From a virus (taxonomy: Duplodnaviria > Caudoviricetes), in the IMG/VR virus record IMGVR_UViG_3300014204_000185, positions 2,896 to 66,895 of that record: DNA of 64,000 nt; one strand, given 5' to 3'. Below are positions 8,990-18,626 of this stretch, in pieces. The position numbers and the translations under genes were made by a program. Within the stretch, counting starts at the first letter, position 1. Every line of letters starts with the position of its first letter. Below the pieces are notes generated by a model that was not told the origin of the DNA, did not search any database, and saw only the letters and a list, made by a program, of their open reading frames with translations.

Positions 8990-9490
8990 ATGATTAGCGA
9001 GAAATATAAAGTCATCCCGGTGGCGAAGGCGATTGACCTTTCCAGCACCGTCTATACGGATTCCATTTACTGCAAGGATCTCGTGAATAAGGTTTGCTTC
9101 GTGTTCATGCTCAACACTCTCGGTGGGGCGTCGTCCGTTCTGACCGTTTGCTCCGGAACATCAGACGCAGCCTGCACAACGGCAATGCGGTTCAACTACG
9201 CATTTGCTGGTGCTGCAATGGGAACGGCAACCGCAGGATCGGCCACTTCCGCCGATGTCCTTGCGGCATGGACAAGCGCATCCACGCTTACCCTGACCTA
9301 CGGAACCTATTCCGATTTCATGTTGGTTGTCGAGGTCGATATTGCGGACATGAACTCAGCGAGCGACCATGACTGGCTGACCTGCAAATTCACCACGACT
9401 TCCAGCGTTACGGGAACCGTCAACGGTGTGGCGATTGCTGATTATCGCTACCCTGGGCAGGGGTCCAATACGGTGCTGGCGACTGCGTAA
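8990..9490 (+). CDS. putative capsid decoration protein
   Basis: follows MCP, strong RBS, Ala/Thr/Ser-rich beta-type sequence. Confidence 0.6.
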   Translation: MISEKYKVIPVAKAIDLSSTVYTDSIYCKDLVNKVCFVFMLNTLGGASSVLTVCSGTSDAACTTAMRFNYAFAGAAMGTATAGSATSADVLAAWTSASTLTLTYGTYSDFMLVVEVDIADMNSASDHDWLTCKFTTTSSVTGTVNGVAIADYRYPGQGSNTVLATA

Positions 9491-9498
9491 CCTAACTG

Positions 9499-9520
9499 GG
9501 GCGGGGTTTCGGCCCCGCCC
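9499..9520 (+). terminator. GC-rich hairpin
   Basis: GGGCGGGG / CCCCGCCC. Confidence 0.55.
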
Positions 9521-9571
9521 ATTGATAGGGGAACCGCTCCTATAGCTTCGGCACGGACAGAGGACAGAAAA

Positions 9572-10522
9572 ATGCCAGTAACAAAGATTGGATCAAGATG
9601 GGATTATAGCGGATACGAGGGGATGCTTGACTTTTACCGCAAAGACACGGGAGCTTCGATTGTAACGATTGCCGAAGGTGGTCTTGTTGGTTCTCAGAAC
9701 CCTTCCGGTGGTGGAGATTATTATGTAGATAACAACGCTGGCGTGGATGCGACGGGAGACGGCCTTTCGTGGGCGACCGCGTGGAAGACGCTCGCCACAG
9801 CAATTACCGCTGTTAATGCCCGCACAGGATCGAGCAATTACGCGGCTCGGTGCAGGATTTTCTACAAGGCAGACAGTGAAACTGTTAATCTTGCGGCTCT
9901 TCCCCAGAAGACGGATATTATCGGCGTTGGTTCTTGTGATGCCTACCCGATGGCGAGTATCAAAGGCAATCATGCGCCGCTTACTGAAAAGTTTGGGTGT
10001 AGGTTCTTTAATGTGCGCTTCATTCCGGCCACTGCGGCTATTCTATGGACCCTGATTGCAAATAACAACGGAGTGAAGTTTTATGGTTGCCAGTTCGTAG
10101 GTTCTCAGGATGCGGTTACGGCAACGAGTGCCATTAGTACAACGGCTACCGAATTACTGGATGTTATTGGCTGCGATTTTGACGGGGCTTTCTCTGCTGA
10201 TGTTATCGCTATTGGCGCGGGAAATGCGTCGGGATTGAAAATCATCGGAAATAATATCCGTGGCGCTGCAAATGACGGAATTGTGATTGATACTGGCGCT
10301 ACTTATACGAGTGTCAACAGTGTTCCGATCATCAAGAGTAACCTTATTTCCGTAGCAGGATGCACCATTAAGGACGTTCCCGATACGGCAATCTGTACGG
10401 ATAATGACCTGATTTCCGATGCGGCCACAGGAACAGCCTCCCTCGATATCAATATCAGGAAAGCGGCACGTAACTGGATAACCGATGCCACAAAGGGCGC
10501 GTTATATCCCGGCGAGCATTAA
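9572..10522 (+). CDS. putative virion protein with beta-helix (pectin-lyase-like) repeats
   Basis: DYYVDNNAG..GDGLSWATAWKTLATAI entry motif; repeated I.GC.F/GNNI patterns. Confidence 0.6.
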   Translation: MPVTKIGSRWDYSGYEGMLDFYRKDTGASIVTIAEGGLVGSQNPSGGGDYYVDNNAGVDATGDGLSWATAWKTLATAITAVNARTGSSNYAARCRIFYKADSETVNLAALPQKTDIIGVGSCDAYPMASIKGNHAPLTEKFGCRFFNVRFIPATAAILWTLIANNNGVKFYGCQFVGSQDAVTATSAISTTATELLDVIGCDFDGAFSADVIAIGAGNASGLKIIGNNIRGAANDGIVIDTGATYTSVNSVPIIKSNLISVAGCTIKDVPDTAICTDNDLISDAATGTASLDINIRKAARNWITDATKGALYPGEH

Positions 10523-10590
10523 CCCCTCCCGGCGGGGGAGTAGTTGGCCCCCGCCTTAACCCTTTATCCCGAAAAATGGAGGGATGAAAG

Positions 10591-11130
10591 ATGGCATTCA
10601 AAAGACTTACAGGAAATCGGTATCTGTGCAAATACTCAGATACGAAACTGACGACAGGAATTGAGAACGGGTCCACCTGCTACGAAGAGGACACCTGTTT
10701 CATGTTCATCTACAACGGCTATGCGTGGCTCCCGAAACCGTTCCTTCCGCTCACAACCGTCAACTACAAGCAGATCAGCCTTAATCAAGCCGCGAACACC
10801 TATGACGTGATGACGGCTACCGCGCAGGCGTTGTTTATTGACGCTATCGTTGTCCACGTACCTGACGACCTTCATTCAGTGGCGACGTTCACCGGGATCA
10901 CCGTCCAGACCGATGACGGAACTCCGATTGAGATTCTTTCCGCTGCGGCGGGGGCAAAGGCATTGCTAACTGGTAATTTCTATTCTGTCTATCGTGGCCC
11001 GAAGGTGACGGCGGCGACCAAGAAAGTCCAACTTACCATCGGTGGCGCGACAGCCGGTGTTGGTAAGGTAGCAGACATAACAGTCCTCTGGCGTCCCCTT
11101 GTGGCTGGCGGATACTACTTGAACGCATAA
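10591..11130 (+). CDS. putative structural protein
   Basis: 179-aa ORF with RBS in head module. Confidence 0.55.
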   Translation: MAFKRLTGNRYLCKYSDTKLTTGIENGSTCYEEDTCFMFIYNGYAWLPKPFLPLTTVNYKQISLNQAANTYDVMTATAQALFIDAIVVHVPDDLHSVATFTGITVQTDDGTPIEILSAAAGAKALLTGNFYSVYRGPKVTAATKKVQLTIGGATAGVGKVADITVLWRPLVAGGYYLNA

Positions 11131-11157
11131 TACATTTCCGCCAATACGCTGAGGAGG

Positions 11158-11415
11158 ATGGCAATGGGTAACGATGATTCAGCAACACAGGTACGATTCG
11201 ATCTTTATGGGGTATTGGCGTTTCTCGTTATCCTGGTCGGGATCGGGATGGGTTATTTGTTTACGGCTCAGGCGACCGCAAGGGAAGAGAGAACGATGGT
11301 GTGTGAGCGGGTTACGGTGCTTGAGACTCAGTACAGGTTTATCAGCGAGGGAATCGTTGAATTGAAGCAGGGCCAAAAGGAACTCACCGCCACCCTGAAG
11401 AAGAACGGTAAATAA
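11158..11415 (+). CDS. holin-like TM plus coiled-coil protein
   Basis: single TM followed by coiled coil, directly before lysozyme. Confidence 0.5.
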   Translation: MAMGNDDSATQVRFDLYGVLAFLVILVGIGMGYLFTAQATAREERTMVCERVTVLETQYRFISEGIVELKQGQKELTATLKKNGK

Positions 11416-11867
11416 TGAATCTCGACCCGCTAAAAAGCATGTTGACCCGTCACGAGGGGCGAAGGAAGAAGAAGTACAGATGCTCGCGTGGAAAGTGGAC
11501 CATCGGGGTTGGGTGGAACATGGACGCATGGCCGCTTCCGGCAGACATTGACTCCTATTTGCGTGTTCGCGGTGAGATCACTGAAGGAATGATTGACCGG
11601 CTCCTTGATATTTCGATCACCACGGCGACGAATAATTGCAGGGACATATATCCCGGATTTGACGGATTCAGCGAGACGCGGAGATTCGCACTGATTGACC
11701 TCTGTTTTAATCTTGGCGTTAATGGGTTGCTGAAATTCAAGAAGGCAATGGCTGCGATTAAAATTGGTGACTGGAACGAGGCGGCAAACCAGTTTTGTGA
11801 TTCAGATTGGTTTACGCAAGTGGGTGTGCGGGGTCCGGAGATTGTGGGGATGATTAGGAACGGATGA
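11415..11867 (+). CDS. endolysin, T4-lysozyme-like (GH24)
   Basis: HEG-x7-C-x5-TIGVG catalytic spacing (E-x8-C-x5-T); FNLGV; W..QVG.R. Confidence 0.85.
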   Translation: MNLDPLKSMLTRHEGRRKKKYRCSRGKWTIGVGWNMDAWPLPADIDSYLRVRGEITEGMIDRLLDISITTATNNCRDIYPGFDGFSETRRFALIDLCFNLGVNGLLKFKKAMAAIKIGDWNEAANQFCDSDWFTQVGVRGPEIVGMIRNG

Positions 11868-12047
11868 AATCCACCGGCGCAAAGTTACGCGAAGAAGCGA
11901 AGAAAGTTAAACGCCAGCGACGTAAGAAGGGTAAGAAGAAATGAAAAAACTCATGGTCGCATTTATTTCGGTAGTGTGGTTTTGCATAATGTTGGGACGG
12001 ATACAATTCAGTAACTTCCCATTTACGGCAAGATGAAAGGATTGAAA

Positions 12048-12428
12048 ATGAAAAAGATTTTTATCGGATTGGCGTTGATGTTCATGGTGGCCGGGTGTTC
12101 GGGGATAAACTCAAACGCGCTTGTGAATGCGACGACTGACACAGCCTTTATACTCGCTCTCCAGAATAACCCGTCTTACAAGGCCCCCGTTGTCCTCGCG
12201 TTGCAGCAGACAAAGGCGTTTCTTGCGGGGGATGTGACTTATGACGCGCTGATTCTTGAGATCACGAATAGGTTTGGCGGGAAGTACGCAGTCTTCGGAA
12301 ACCTACTTATCGGGATGCTGGCGGCTGACACGCCTGTTTTTGAGACGCACCTTACTCTGTTTGATGACTACAAGGCAACCATTGTGACTAAGATTGATCG
12401 GCTGATTATGCTGGCCGGGGCGGTGTGA
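12048..12428 (+). CDS. lipoprotein (possible spanin component)
   Basis: signal peptide with lipobox VAGC. Confidence 0.55.
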   Translation: MKKIFIGLALMFMVAGCSGINSNALVNATTDTAFILALQNNPSYKAPVVLALQQTKAFLAGDVTYDALILEITNRFGGKYAVFGNLLIGMLAADTPVFETHLTLFDDYKATIVTKIDRLIMLAGAV

Positions 12429-12429
12429 A

Positions 12430-12630
12430 ATGAAGGGCATAATGTTGGGACTATTGCTGTTGGTCTGTACCGGGTGTGCCGCACTAAATACGGCGTTATA
12501 CGTGGCAGATATTTTCACCGAACCGACTCCAATTATTCCGACGTGCGAAAAGGAAACCGTTGGTGTCTCATGGAAAGGCGATATTTGCTTGAAACATACT
12601 GATGGAACGTATCGGTGGGTGAAACAGTGA
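12430..12630 (+). CDS. small lipoprotein
   Basis: signal peptide with lipobox CTGC. Confidence 0.5.
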   Translation: MKGIMLGLLLLVCTGCAALNTALYVADIFTEPTPIIPTCEKETVGVSWKGDICLKHTDGTYRWVKQ

Positions 12631-13052
12631 TGGTTCAACGTGACAGGTGCCTATATTTCAGACGGGGATACAAATACGTTGTCAAGCGTGATTTCCATAT
12701 CAAGTTGGACATCATCCCCTACGCGCCTATCGACGTTGACCATATGCGGATGGACATGGACGGCAATGCCGTTATCCTTGCGGGATACCCGTGGAACGGA
12801 GCAAGTGGCCCCACGTTCGACACACTTAGCAGCATGATCGGTTCGCTGGTTCATGACTTCATTTATGAACTGATTCGGCTTGGCCTGATTGACCCGAAAT
12901 ACAGGGCCTATGCCGACCAAATGCTACACGACCTCTGCACTGAAGACGGGATGTTTTCATGGCGGGCAGACTATTGGCTGTGGGCGGTTAAGCAATTCGG
13001 ATCTGGTTCATGCCTTCCAAGCGCAGAACCAAAAGAAGAGGTGGCACCGTGA
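12630..13052 (+). CDS. DUF1353-like protein
   Basis: GYPWNGAS, SLVHDFIY, ADQML, AVKQFG. Confidence 0.65.
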   Translation: MVQRDRCLYFRRGYKYVVKRDFHIKLDIIPYAPIDVDHMRMDMDGNAVILAGYPWNGASGPTFDTLSSMIGSLVHDFIYELIRLGLIDPKYRAYADQMLHDLCTEDGMFSWRADYWLWAVKQFGSGSCLPSAEPKEEVAP

Positions 13053-13249
13053 AAAACTGGAAGACGACGGCAAGTGGTGTTTTATCGGCGGCGGGTGTTA
13101 TCTGCCAATACTTCGGGATACCCGCAGAGGTTGGAAACGCGATCAGCGTGGTTGGGCTTTTTCTGCTTGGACTGTTCTCTAAGGACAGCAACGTGACGGG
13201 CTGGACTGTTACCCAGAACGCAGTCGCTACGGGGCGAGGAAGAGGATAG
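13049..13249 (+). CDS. holin-like small membrane protein
   Basis: KNWKTT..G...LLGLFSKD pattern with two TM segments. Confidence 0.65.
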   Translation: MKNWKTTASGVLSAAGVICQYFGIPAEVGNAISVVGLFLLGLFSKDSNVTGWTVTQNAVATGRGRG

Positions 13250-13252
13250 ACC

Positions 13253-14221
13253 ATGAACGTCCAACTGTATTCGGCTCCGGCGATTGAACCAGTTACCAAG
13301 GCAGAGCTCGAAACCCATTTGAGGATCAGTTCCGGCACGATTGCTTCTGACATGACGCCCTACACCTGCATTACTTCTGGTAGCCATCCGGTAGTGACCG
13401 GATATACTCTGTACGGGGCATGGGTAGAAGTTTTGGGCCGCACCGCAGTAGTCTATCTAACTCCCGTCAATAACGGCGCTGGGGGCACCGTGGACGTGAA
13501 GATTCAGGAATGCGACACACAGGGAACGACGCTCATTACAGACCTCACAACGGCTTTCACGCAGGTCACAGAATCCAATGATACGGTGATTCAGGAACTC
13601 GCCTATACGGGATCGAAAAAATACATTCGCACGGCAGCGAAGACGCTTGTGAATGCCTGTGAATTTGGAACGTCTGTCATGGTGTGGGAGCCGAACGTAA
13701 GCGAAGACTCGACACTATTGGAATTGATTACCAATGGAACGAATCAGGTAGAGAACGATACCAACAAGAAGATCATTCAGCAGGTGTGGGATTACTTCCC
13801 TGCACATTGGCCCTGCGGTGATAGAATTAAGATTCCATTCGGGAATTTGAGAAACGATACAGGCAACGAGCCTGTCGTAAAATGGAAAGCGATTGACGGA
13901 ACCGAGACAACCCTCACAGTAACGACAGACTACATCGTAGAGACTTGCGGTACGCAGTGTGGGTCGATTGTTTTACCTCCATACGGAAGCTGGCCGAGTG
14001 GTGAACTTTATCCGTCAAAGCCGATTTCAATACGGTTCACTTGTGGATACGCAACCGCAGCGGAAGTCCCGGTAGCCTTCAAGCAGGCAATAAAACGCCA
14101 TTGCGCGGACAATTATACCGATAAGGGTGACAAGACAACGGGGCAAACTGTCGTAAAAAGTGACACCTACAATCGACAAGTTAATCTTTGTGGCCGTTTA
14201 CACGACATGGACTTCATCTAA
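13253..14221 (+). CDS. head-tail connector (gp6/phiE125 gp8-like) with internal inserted domain
   Basis: APAIEPVTKAELETHLRI N-terminus; QQVW..WP, IRFTCGY, VPVAFKQAI C-terminus; about 120 extra aa between. Confidence 0.75.
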   Translation: MNVQLYSAPAIEPVTKAELETHLRISSGTIASDMTPYTCITSGSHPVVTGYTLYGAWVEVLGRTAVVYLTPVNNGAGGTVDVKIQECDTQGTTLITDLTTAFTQVTESNDTVIQELAYTGSKKYIRTAAKTLVNACEFGTSVMVWEPNVSEDSTLLELITNGTNQVENDTNKKIIQQVWDYFPAHWPCGDRIKIPFGNLRNDTGNEPVVKWKAIDGTETTLTVTTDYIVETCGTQCGSIVLPPYGSWPSGELYPSKPISIRFTCGYATAAEVPVAFKQAIKRHCADNYTDKGDKTTGQTVVKSDTYNRQVNLCGRLHDMDFI

Positions 14222-14526
14222 TGAGATTAGGCGACCTAAATCGCACCATGATTTTTCAAGCCCCCTCCGGTTCCCCGGTGACGTGGACCACCGTGTTCTC
14301 CTGCAAGGGTGCGTACTGGGGGCTTAACTCAGCCGAGTCCGTAGCGGCGTTAGCAGCGGGGGGGATCATCACCGGAAAGGTGCGGATTCGCTTCCGTCCG
14401 ATTCAGATCAAGGGGACTTGGCGCATTTTAATCGGCTCCACCGTTTTGAACATCGTCGGTCCCGCTATCAACGTTGGCGGTAGAGGTGAATATCTGGAGA
14501 TGAAAGTCAAAGAGGTAACGGGGTAA
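14221..14526 (+). CDS. head closure / head-tail adaptor
   Basis: MRLGDLN, WTTVF, RIRFRP, YLEMKVKE; position. Confidence 0.75.
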   Translation: MRLGDLNRTMIFQAPSGSPVTWTTVFSCKGAYWGLNSAESVAALAAGGIITGKVRIRFRPIQIKGTWRILIGSTVLNIVGPAINVGGRGEYLEMKVKEVTG

Positions 14527-15593
14527 TGGCAACAGTCTGGTACGCTGTCAATTCAAGCGTCAATATCGACTCCGCGAATGAGTGGAATGACGCAGCGAAC
14601 GGCTCTGGGAATTTCCTAACGTGGGCGAATCTTGCCGCTGACGACACACTTCGGGCGAACGGAAAGACGGCCATTGCGATTAACGTAGATTTTACTGCGG
14701 CTCAGATTGACACACTAACGAACGGGGGAGGGTTCACAGTAGCCACTGCGCGGACGATCTCGGCAGATATACAGGCCGGGACATCTACCTGCATTACAAC
14801 ATCCGGCAGTGGATATACGTTGACTATCAACGGCGATGTGACGGGATCGGCCACGACAGATAGTGCGATGTGTATTAAAAATCAAGTAAACCCCGGAATT
14901 GATATAACTGTCAACGGGACTGTGCGTGGGGGAAGTGGAACTGGAACGTGGTCATATGGGTTGCTTAACAGTTACTCCTGCACAGTCACAGTCACAACTG
15001 CAATAGGTGGAAGTGCGGCAAACTCTTATGGAATATATCACAACGGAACAAGCGGAACGGTCAATGTTACAAATGTAACGGGTGGAAGTGCGGCAAACTC
15101 TTATGGGGTCTATAGCAATACAAATACGGTCAATGTCACAAATGTAACGGGTGGAAGTGCGGCAACGGCTTATGGGATCATTCTCGCAAGTGCTGGTTAT
15201 ATAAACATATCGGGATCAGTTACGGCAGGATCGGCTACGGGGTGCAACGCTGTTTATTCTTTACACGTCTCCAGTATTGTTACTGTCACTGGAGATATAA
15301 TTGACAACCAATACGCCGCCGCAATATGCGCAAAAGTCCTAATAATAAATCAAGGGACAACAAACTACTACCGCGTCTATACCGGCGCGACAACCCGCGA
15401 TATGTATTACGACCTTCCCGATGTTGGAAATGTCACCGAAGACGACACCGTGGCCGGAGCCACTGGAACCTACCACGAGGCGACTGAAGCGGAAGTTCAA
15501 AGCGGTGTTCATTTCGGTGCATCATCTGCGTTGACTGGATCGTATGCAGGCGGTGGCGGTGGCCGTCCTGAATTTCGAGGGGGTAACTTATAA
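14526..15593 (+). CDS. Gly/Ser/Thr-rich virion fibre protein with internal repeats
   Basis: VTNVTGGSAANSYG repeats; neck-region position. Confidence 0.6.
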   Translation: MATVWYAVNSSVNIDSANEWNDAANGSGNFLTWANLAADDTLRANGKTAIAINVDFTAAQIDTLTNGGGFTVATARTISADIQAGTSTCITTSGSGYTLTINGDVTGSATTDSAMCIKNQVNPGIDITVNGTVRGGSGTGTWSYGLLNSYSCTVTVTTAIGGSAANSYGIYHNGTSGTVNVTNVTGGSAANSYGVYSNTNTVNVTNVTGGSAATAYGIILASAGYINISGSVTAGSATGCNAVYSLHVSSIVTVTGDIIDNQYAAAICAKVLIINQGTTNYYRVYTGATTRDMYYDLPDVGNVTEDDTVAGATGTYHEATEAEVQSGVHFGASSALTGSYAGGGGGRPEFRGGNL

Positions 15594-17002
15594 TGTTCAA
15601 ATACGCTGAGATTGGCGACACGGTTTACTACTGGTTTGCGGCCAATACGACGACCGGAACGGCGGGTGACGGTGCTACCCCTCTTTACGATGTGAGACTT
15701 GCGGGTGCGGCGGCTGGAGCAGCCCCGGTTCAAAGTGGAACCCCTACCCTTCTGACTCACGCCGATTATACGGATGGACTTTTTGAGATTGCGGTTGCAA
15801 CTGGTGCATTGGCGGCTGGGGAATACGCTGTCTTTTGCACGTTGACTATCTCTACCGTGAACCCCGCTGGATTCTGTGGAAGTTTCAAGCTCAGGACGGC
15901 GGGGACGGCGGCGCTGAAGGTGGAACCCGTTGGGGCTATTACCTTGACCTCGCTTACGGTTACGAACGCCTTAACGACCGGCTCAATAGTAAATAATGGT
16001 GTCCTGACTCAAACAGGCGCAGTCACGTTATCAAGCACACTTGCAACGGGGGCTGTCACGCTCTCGGCGTTGACCTGTACCAATAATCTGCTTATCAGTG
16101 GAACGACAACCCTTACGGGCGCACTTACCGCTACTAACACTGCATGGAACACAGCTACGGGGTTCGCCGTGACCAAAGACGTGACCGATGCCGTGACTTC
16201 AATCGAGACTTACGGCGATACTAAATGGCTTACAGCGACCGGCTTTGCCGTGACTAAGGACGTTACCGATTCAACGTCGGCAATCGAAACCTATGGTGAC
16301 ACGAAATGGCTGACCGCTACGGGTTTCAGTAAGGCCGGGGACAAGATGGACTTGGTTGATTCGCCGAACTCCAAAGCGGTGACTATCATTCAAACAGGGC
16401 TGTCCACGTTTGACGCTGCTACTGACACGGTAACGGCTGGGAATATGGTTTCGCTCACCGGAATCGCAACAACCAAAGACGTAACGGATGCGGTGACGAG
16501 CATTGAGACATACGGGGATATTAATTGGCCTACCGCTAATGTGTCTGGCCTTGCTACCTCAAAAGACCTTGCAACCGTGGACGGGATTGTTGATGACATT
16601 AAGGCCGTGACGGTTAAGATCGATACGATGATGGTTCTGGACGGGGCGGTGTATCAGCTTACGGCAAATGCCCTTGAGCTTGCGCCAAGCGGAAGTGGCC
16701 TTGACGCTAAGGGTGTGAGGGATGCGATAGGGCTGGCGTCGGCAAATCTCGACACGCAGCTTGCAAGTATTATCAGCACAGGGACTGGCTCGAATACGGT
16801 TGTCTATACCCTCAGCACGGGCGACACAACGGATGTTACCGTAGAGGTTTACACCGACGCCACATATTCTACTCTGGTGGCAAAGGGCATCACAGACGCC
16901 TTTGGATCGGTCACGTTCCATTTGGATGACGGGACGTACTATCTCATTCGCAAGAAGGCTGGGGCGGACTTTGTGAATCCCGACATTAAGACGGTATCAT
17001 AA
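15593..17002 (+). CDS. Thr/Ala-rich virion protein with 27-aa repeats
   Basis: TATGFAVTKDVTD..TSIETYGDTKWL repeats. Confidence 0.6.
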   Translation: MFKYAEIGDTVYYWFAANTTTGTAGDGATPLYDVRLAGAAAGAAPVQSGTPTLLTHADYTDGLFEIAVATGALAAGEYAVFCTLTISTVNPAGFCGSFKLRTAGTAALKVEPVGAITLTSLTVTNALTTGSIVNNGVLTQTGAVTLSSTLATGAVTLSALTCTNNLLISGTTTLTGALTATNTAWNTATGFAVTKDVTDAVTSIETYGDTKWLTATGFAVTKDVTDSTSAIETYGDTKWLTATGFSKAGDKMDLVDSPNSKAVTIIQTGLSTFDAATDTVTAGNMVSLTGIATTKDVTDAVTSIETYGDINWPTANVSGLATSKDLATVDGIVDDIKAVTVKIDTMMVLDGAVYQLTANALELAPSGSGLDAKGVRDAIGLASANLDTQLASIISTGTGSNTVVYTLSTGDTTDVTVEVYTDATYSTLVAKGITDAFGSVTFHLDDGTYYLIRKKAGADFVNPDIKTVS

Positions 17003-17472
17003 TGACGACGAACTGGACAGGAACAGGCGGAACCCCTTCAACGGCAGTCGCTACGCAAGAGATAGCGAATTTGATCCAAGCTATCAAGGACAAGGTAGTG
17101 GGGTCTGCTTTCAATGAAGATTTGGGCGGTAGGTTCTATTTCGATCAGGCCGACGACAACGGGGCTCCATACTGCGTGTTCTCGATTATTTCATCCGTCC
17201 CCGACAAGACATTTTCCGAGACATGCAGGAACGTCCTGATTCAGTTCTCGATATTCGTTCCGAAGACTCAGGGGCTTGCGGTGATGACAACGGCCTATTC
17301 AGATATGCACGCTCTCTTTGATGAATGTAGTCTTTTAATCACAGGCTCTACTTTAGTTGTTATGCGGGAACAAAGCCTCAATACGTTCGTTGAAGAAGGC
17401 CAGATGACAGACGGATCAGACTCAATGATTCATTGGGCGGCTGATTACGAAGTAGTGATTGGGCTTAACTAA
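17002..17472 (+). CDS. tail terminator / tail completion protein
   Basis: GGRFYFDQA, APYCVFSIISSVPD, LIQFSIF, HWAADYEV. Confidence 0.7.
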   Translation: MTTNWTGTGGTPSTAVATQEIANLIQAIKDKVVGSAFNEDLGGRFYFDQADDNGAPYCVFSIISSVPDKTFSETCRNVLIQFSIFVPKTQGLAVMTTAYSDMHALFDECSLLITGSTLVVMREQSLNTFVEEGQMTDGSDSMIHWAADYEVVIGLN

Positions 17473-17483
17473 GAAAGGGAAAC

Positions 17484-17702
17484 ATGGAAACCACGGAAAA
17501 GAAGTTGTCTGAAATTTCAAGGAAGGACTGGATAGCATTCAGGTGGCAGGAAGCCCCGATGTCGATGGGTGATGACGAAAGGGTTTTCTTTCAGGCAGGA
17601 CGGCGGACACCTGAAGAGGCGTACCGGGCGATGGAAGAATGGGATATGACGGCGGACGAAAGGGAATGTGAACCGGAAGCGGAGAAAGGAAACGTGCAAT
17701 AA
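17484..17702 (+). CDS. hypothetical protein
   Basis: ORF with RBS, coupled to next gene. Confidence 0.55.
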   Translation: METTEKKLSEISRKDWIAFRWQEAPMSMGDDERVFFQAGRRTPEEAYRAMEEWDMTADERECEPEAEKGNVQ

Positions 17703-18397
17703 TGGGGACAGCGAAGATATTTTTTAAGGGTACGGAAATTCCGCAAATTGATTCATTCAAGATGAGTGGTTTCGGTGGAAAAGAGGCGTTTGACTTAGCA
17801 GAGATTACGGATTTCATCCTTGATTCCGGTTCAGACAATCTTCCGACATTCGGGGGTTCATATGAAGGTGGAATCCATCTTCAACAGTGTCCGGATGAAA
17901 TCGCACCATGCCTTGTGGAGCTTTTGAAGTCCAAAGACGAGATCAGGAACTACCTTGAAATCGGGTCGGCGGCTGGCGGGTCATGCTTCATCTTCAATCA
18001 CTTTTTCCCGCTGGAAAAGATCGTCCTGATTGATGACAACAAGCACTGGAAACATCAACTCCGCGCCGAAACCCTGAATGGCATAAACTATCGGGAATTG
18101 ATTGGCCGGTCGGATGATGAAGCGGTCGTGAAATCAGTTACGGACATGGACACGCTGTTTGATTTGATAGTCGTTGATGGAGATCATAGTTATCAGAGCG
18201 TCAAGGTCGATGTGAGCCTTTACCTTCCGTTATTGCGCCCCGGCGGGTTCTTGTTCCTGCATGATACGGTCTATGCCCCGAACGGTGACGGACGAGTGAT
18301 GCGCGAATTAGTGGCGCAGGGTGACATGGAACTTATTGCTGAATACGTTTCACCTGAAGGGCCAAAATGCGGAATTGGTTTGCTCAGAAAGAAATAA
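17702..18397 (+). CDS. class I SAM-dependent methyltransferase (Methyltransf_24-like)
   Basis: YLEIGSAAGGS; DLIVVDGDHSY; LRPGGFLFLHD. Confidence 0.85.
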   Translation: MGTAKIFFKGTEIPQIDSFKMSGFGGKEAFDLAEITDFILDSGSDNLPTFGGSYEGGIHLQQCPDEIAPCLVELLKSKDEIRNYLEIGSAAGGSCFIFNHFFPLEKIVLIDDNKHWKHQLRAETLNGINYRELIGRSDDEAVVKSVTDMDTLFDLIVVDGDHSYQSVKVDVSLYLPLLRPGGFLFLHDTVYAPNGDGRVMRELVAQGDMELIAEYVSPEGPKCGIGLLRKK

Positions 18398-18409
18398 GAA
18401 AGGAAAACC

Positions 18410-18613
18410 ATGGAAAGCTTAGGAACGGCATTGCCAAGAGAACAGGCACGAGTAAGGGAAATCTTGGGGCAATATAAGTCCATTGGCCCCGCCGGGGCAT
18501 TTGGAGCCACCATGATTGAAAGCGCCCTGCAATATACAGATAATGCAATCATTGGCGGAGACCCCGTGGCGATGTTGCGCGCCTATGAAGGGCTAAGGAA
18601 GATTACGGACTAA
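18410..18613 (+). CDS. hypothetical protein
   Basis: 67-aa ORF with RBS. Confidence 0.55.
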   Translation: MESLGTALPREQARVREILGQYKSIGPAGAFGATMIESALQYTDNAIIGGDPVAMLRAYEGLRKITD

Positions 18614-18626
18614 AGAAAGGAATCAA

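Noticed and set aside
16150-16530. TR/VR pair of a diversity-generating retroelement
   Set aside because: Differences are synonymous and not confined to adenines; no reverse transcriptase in the window.
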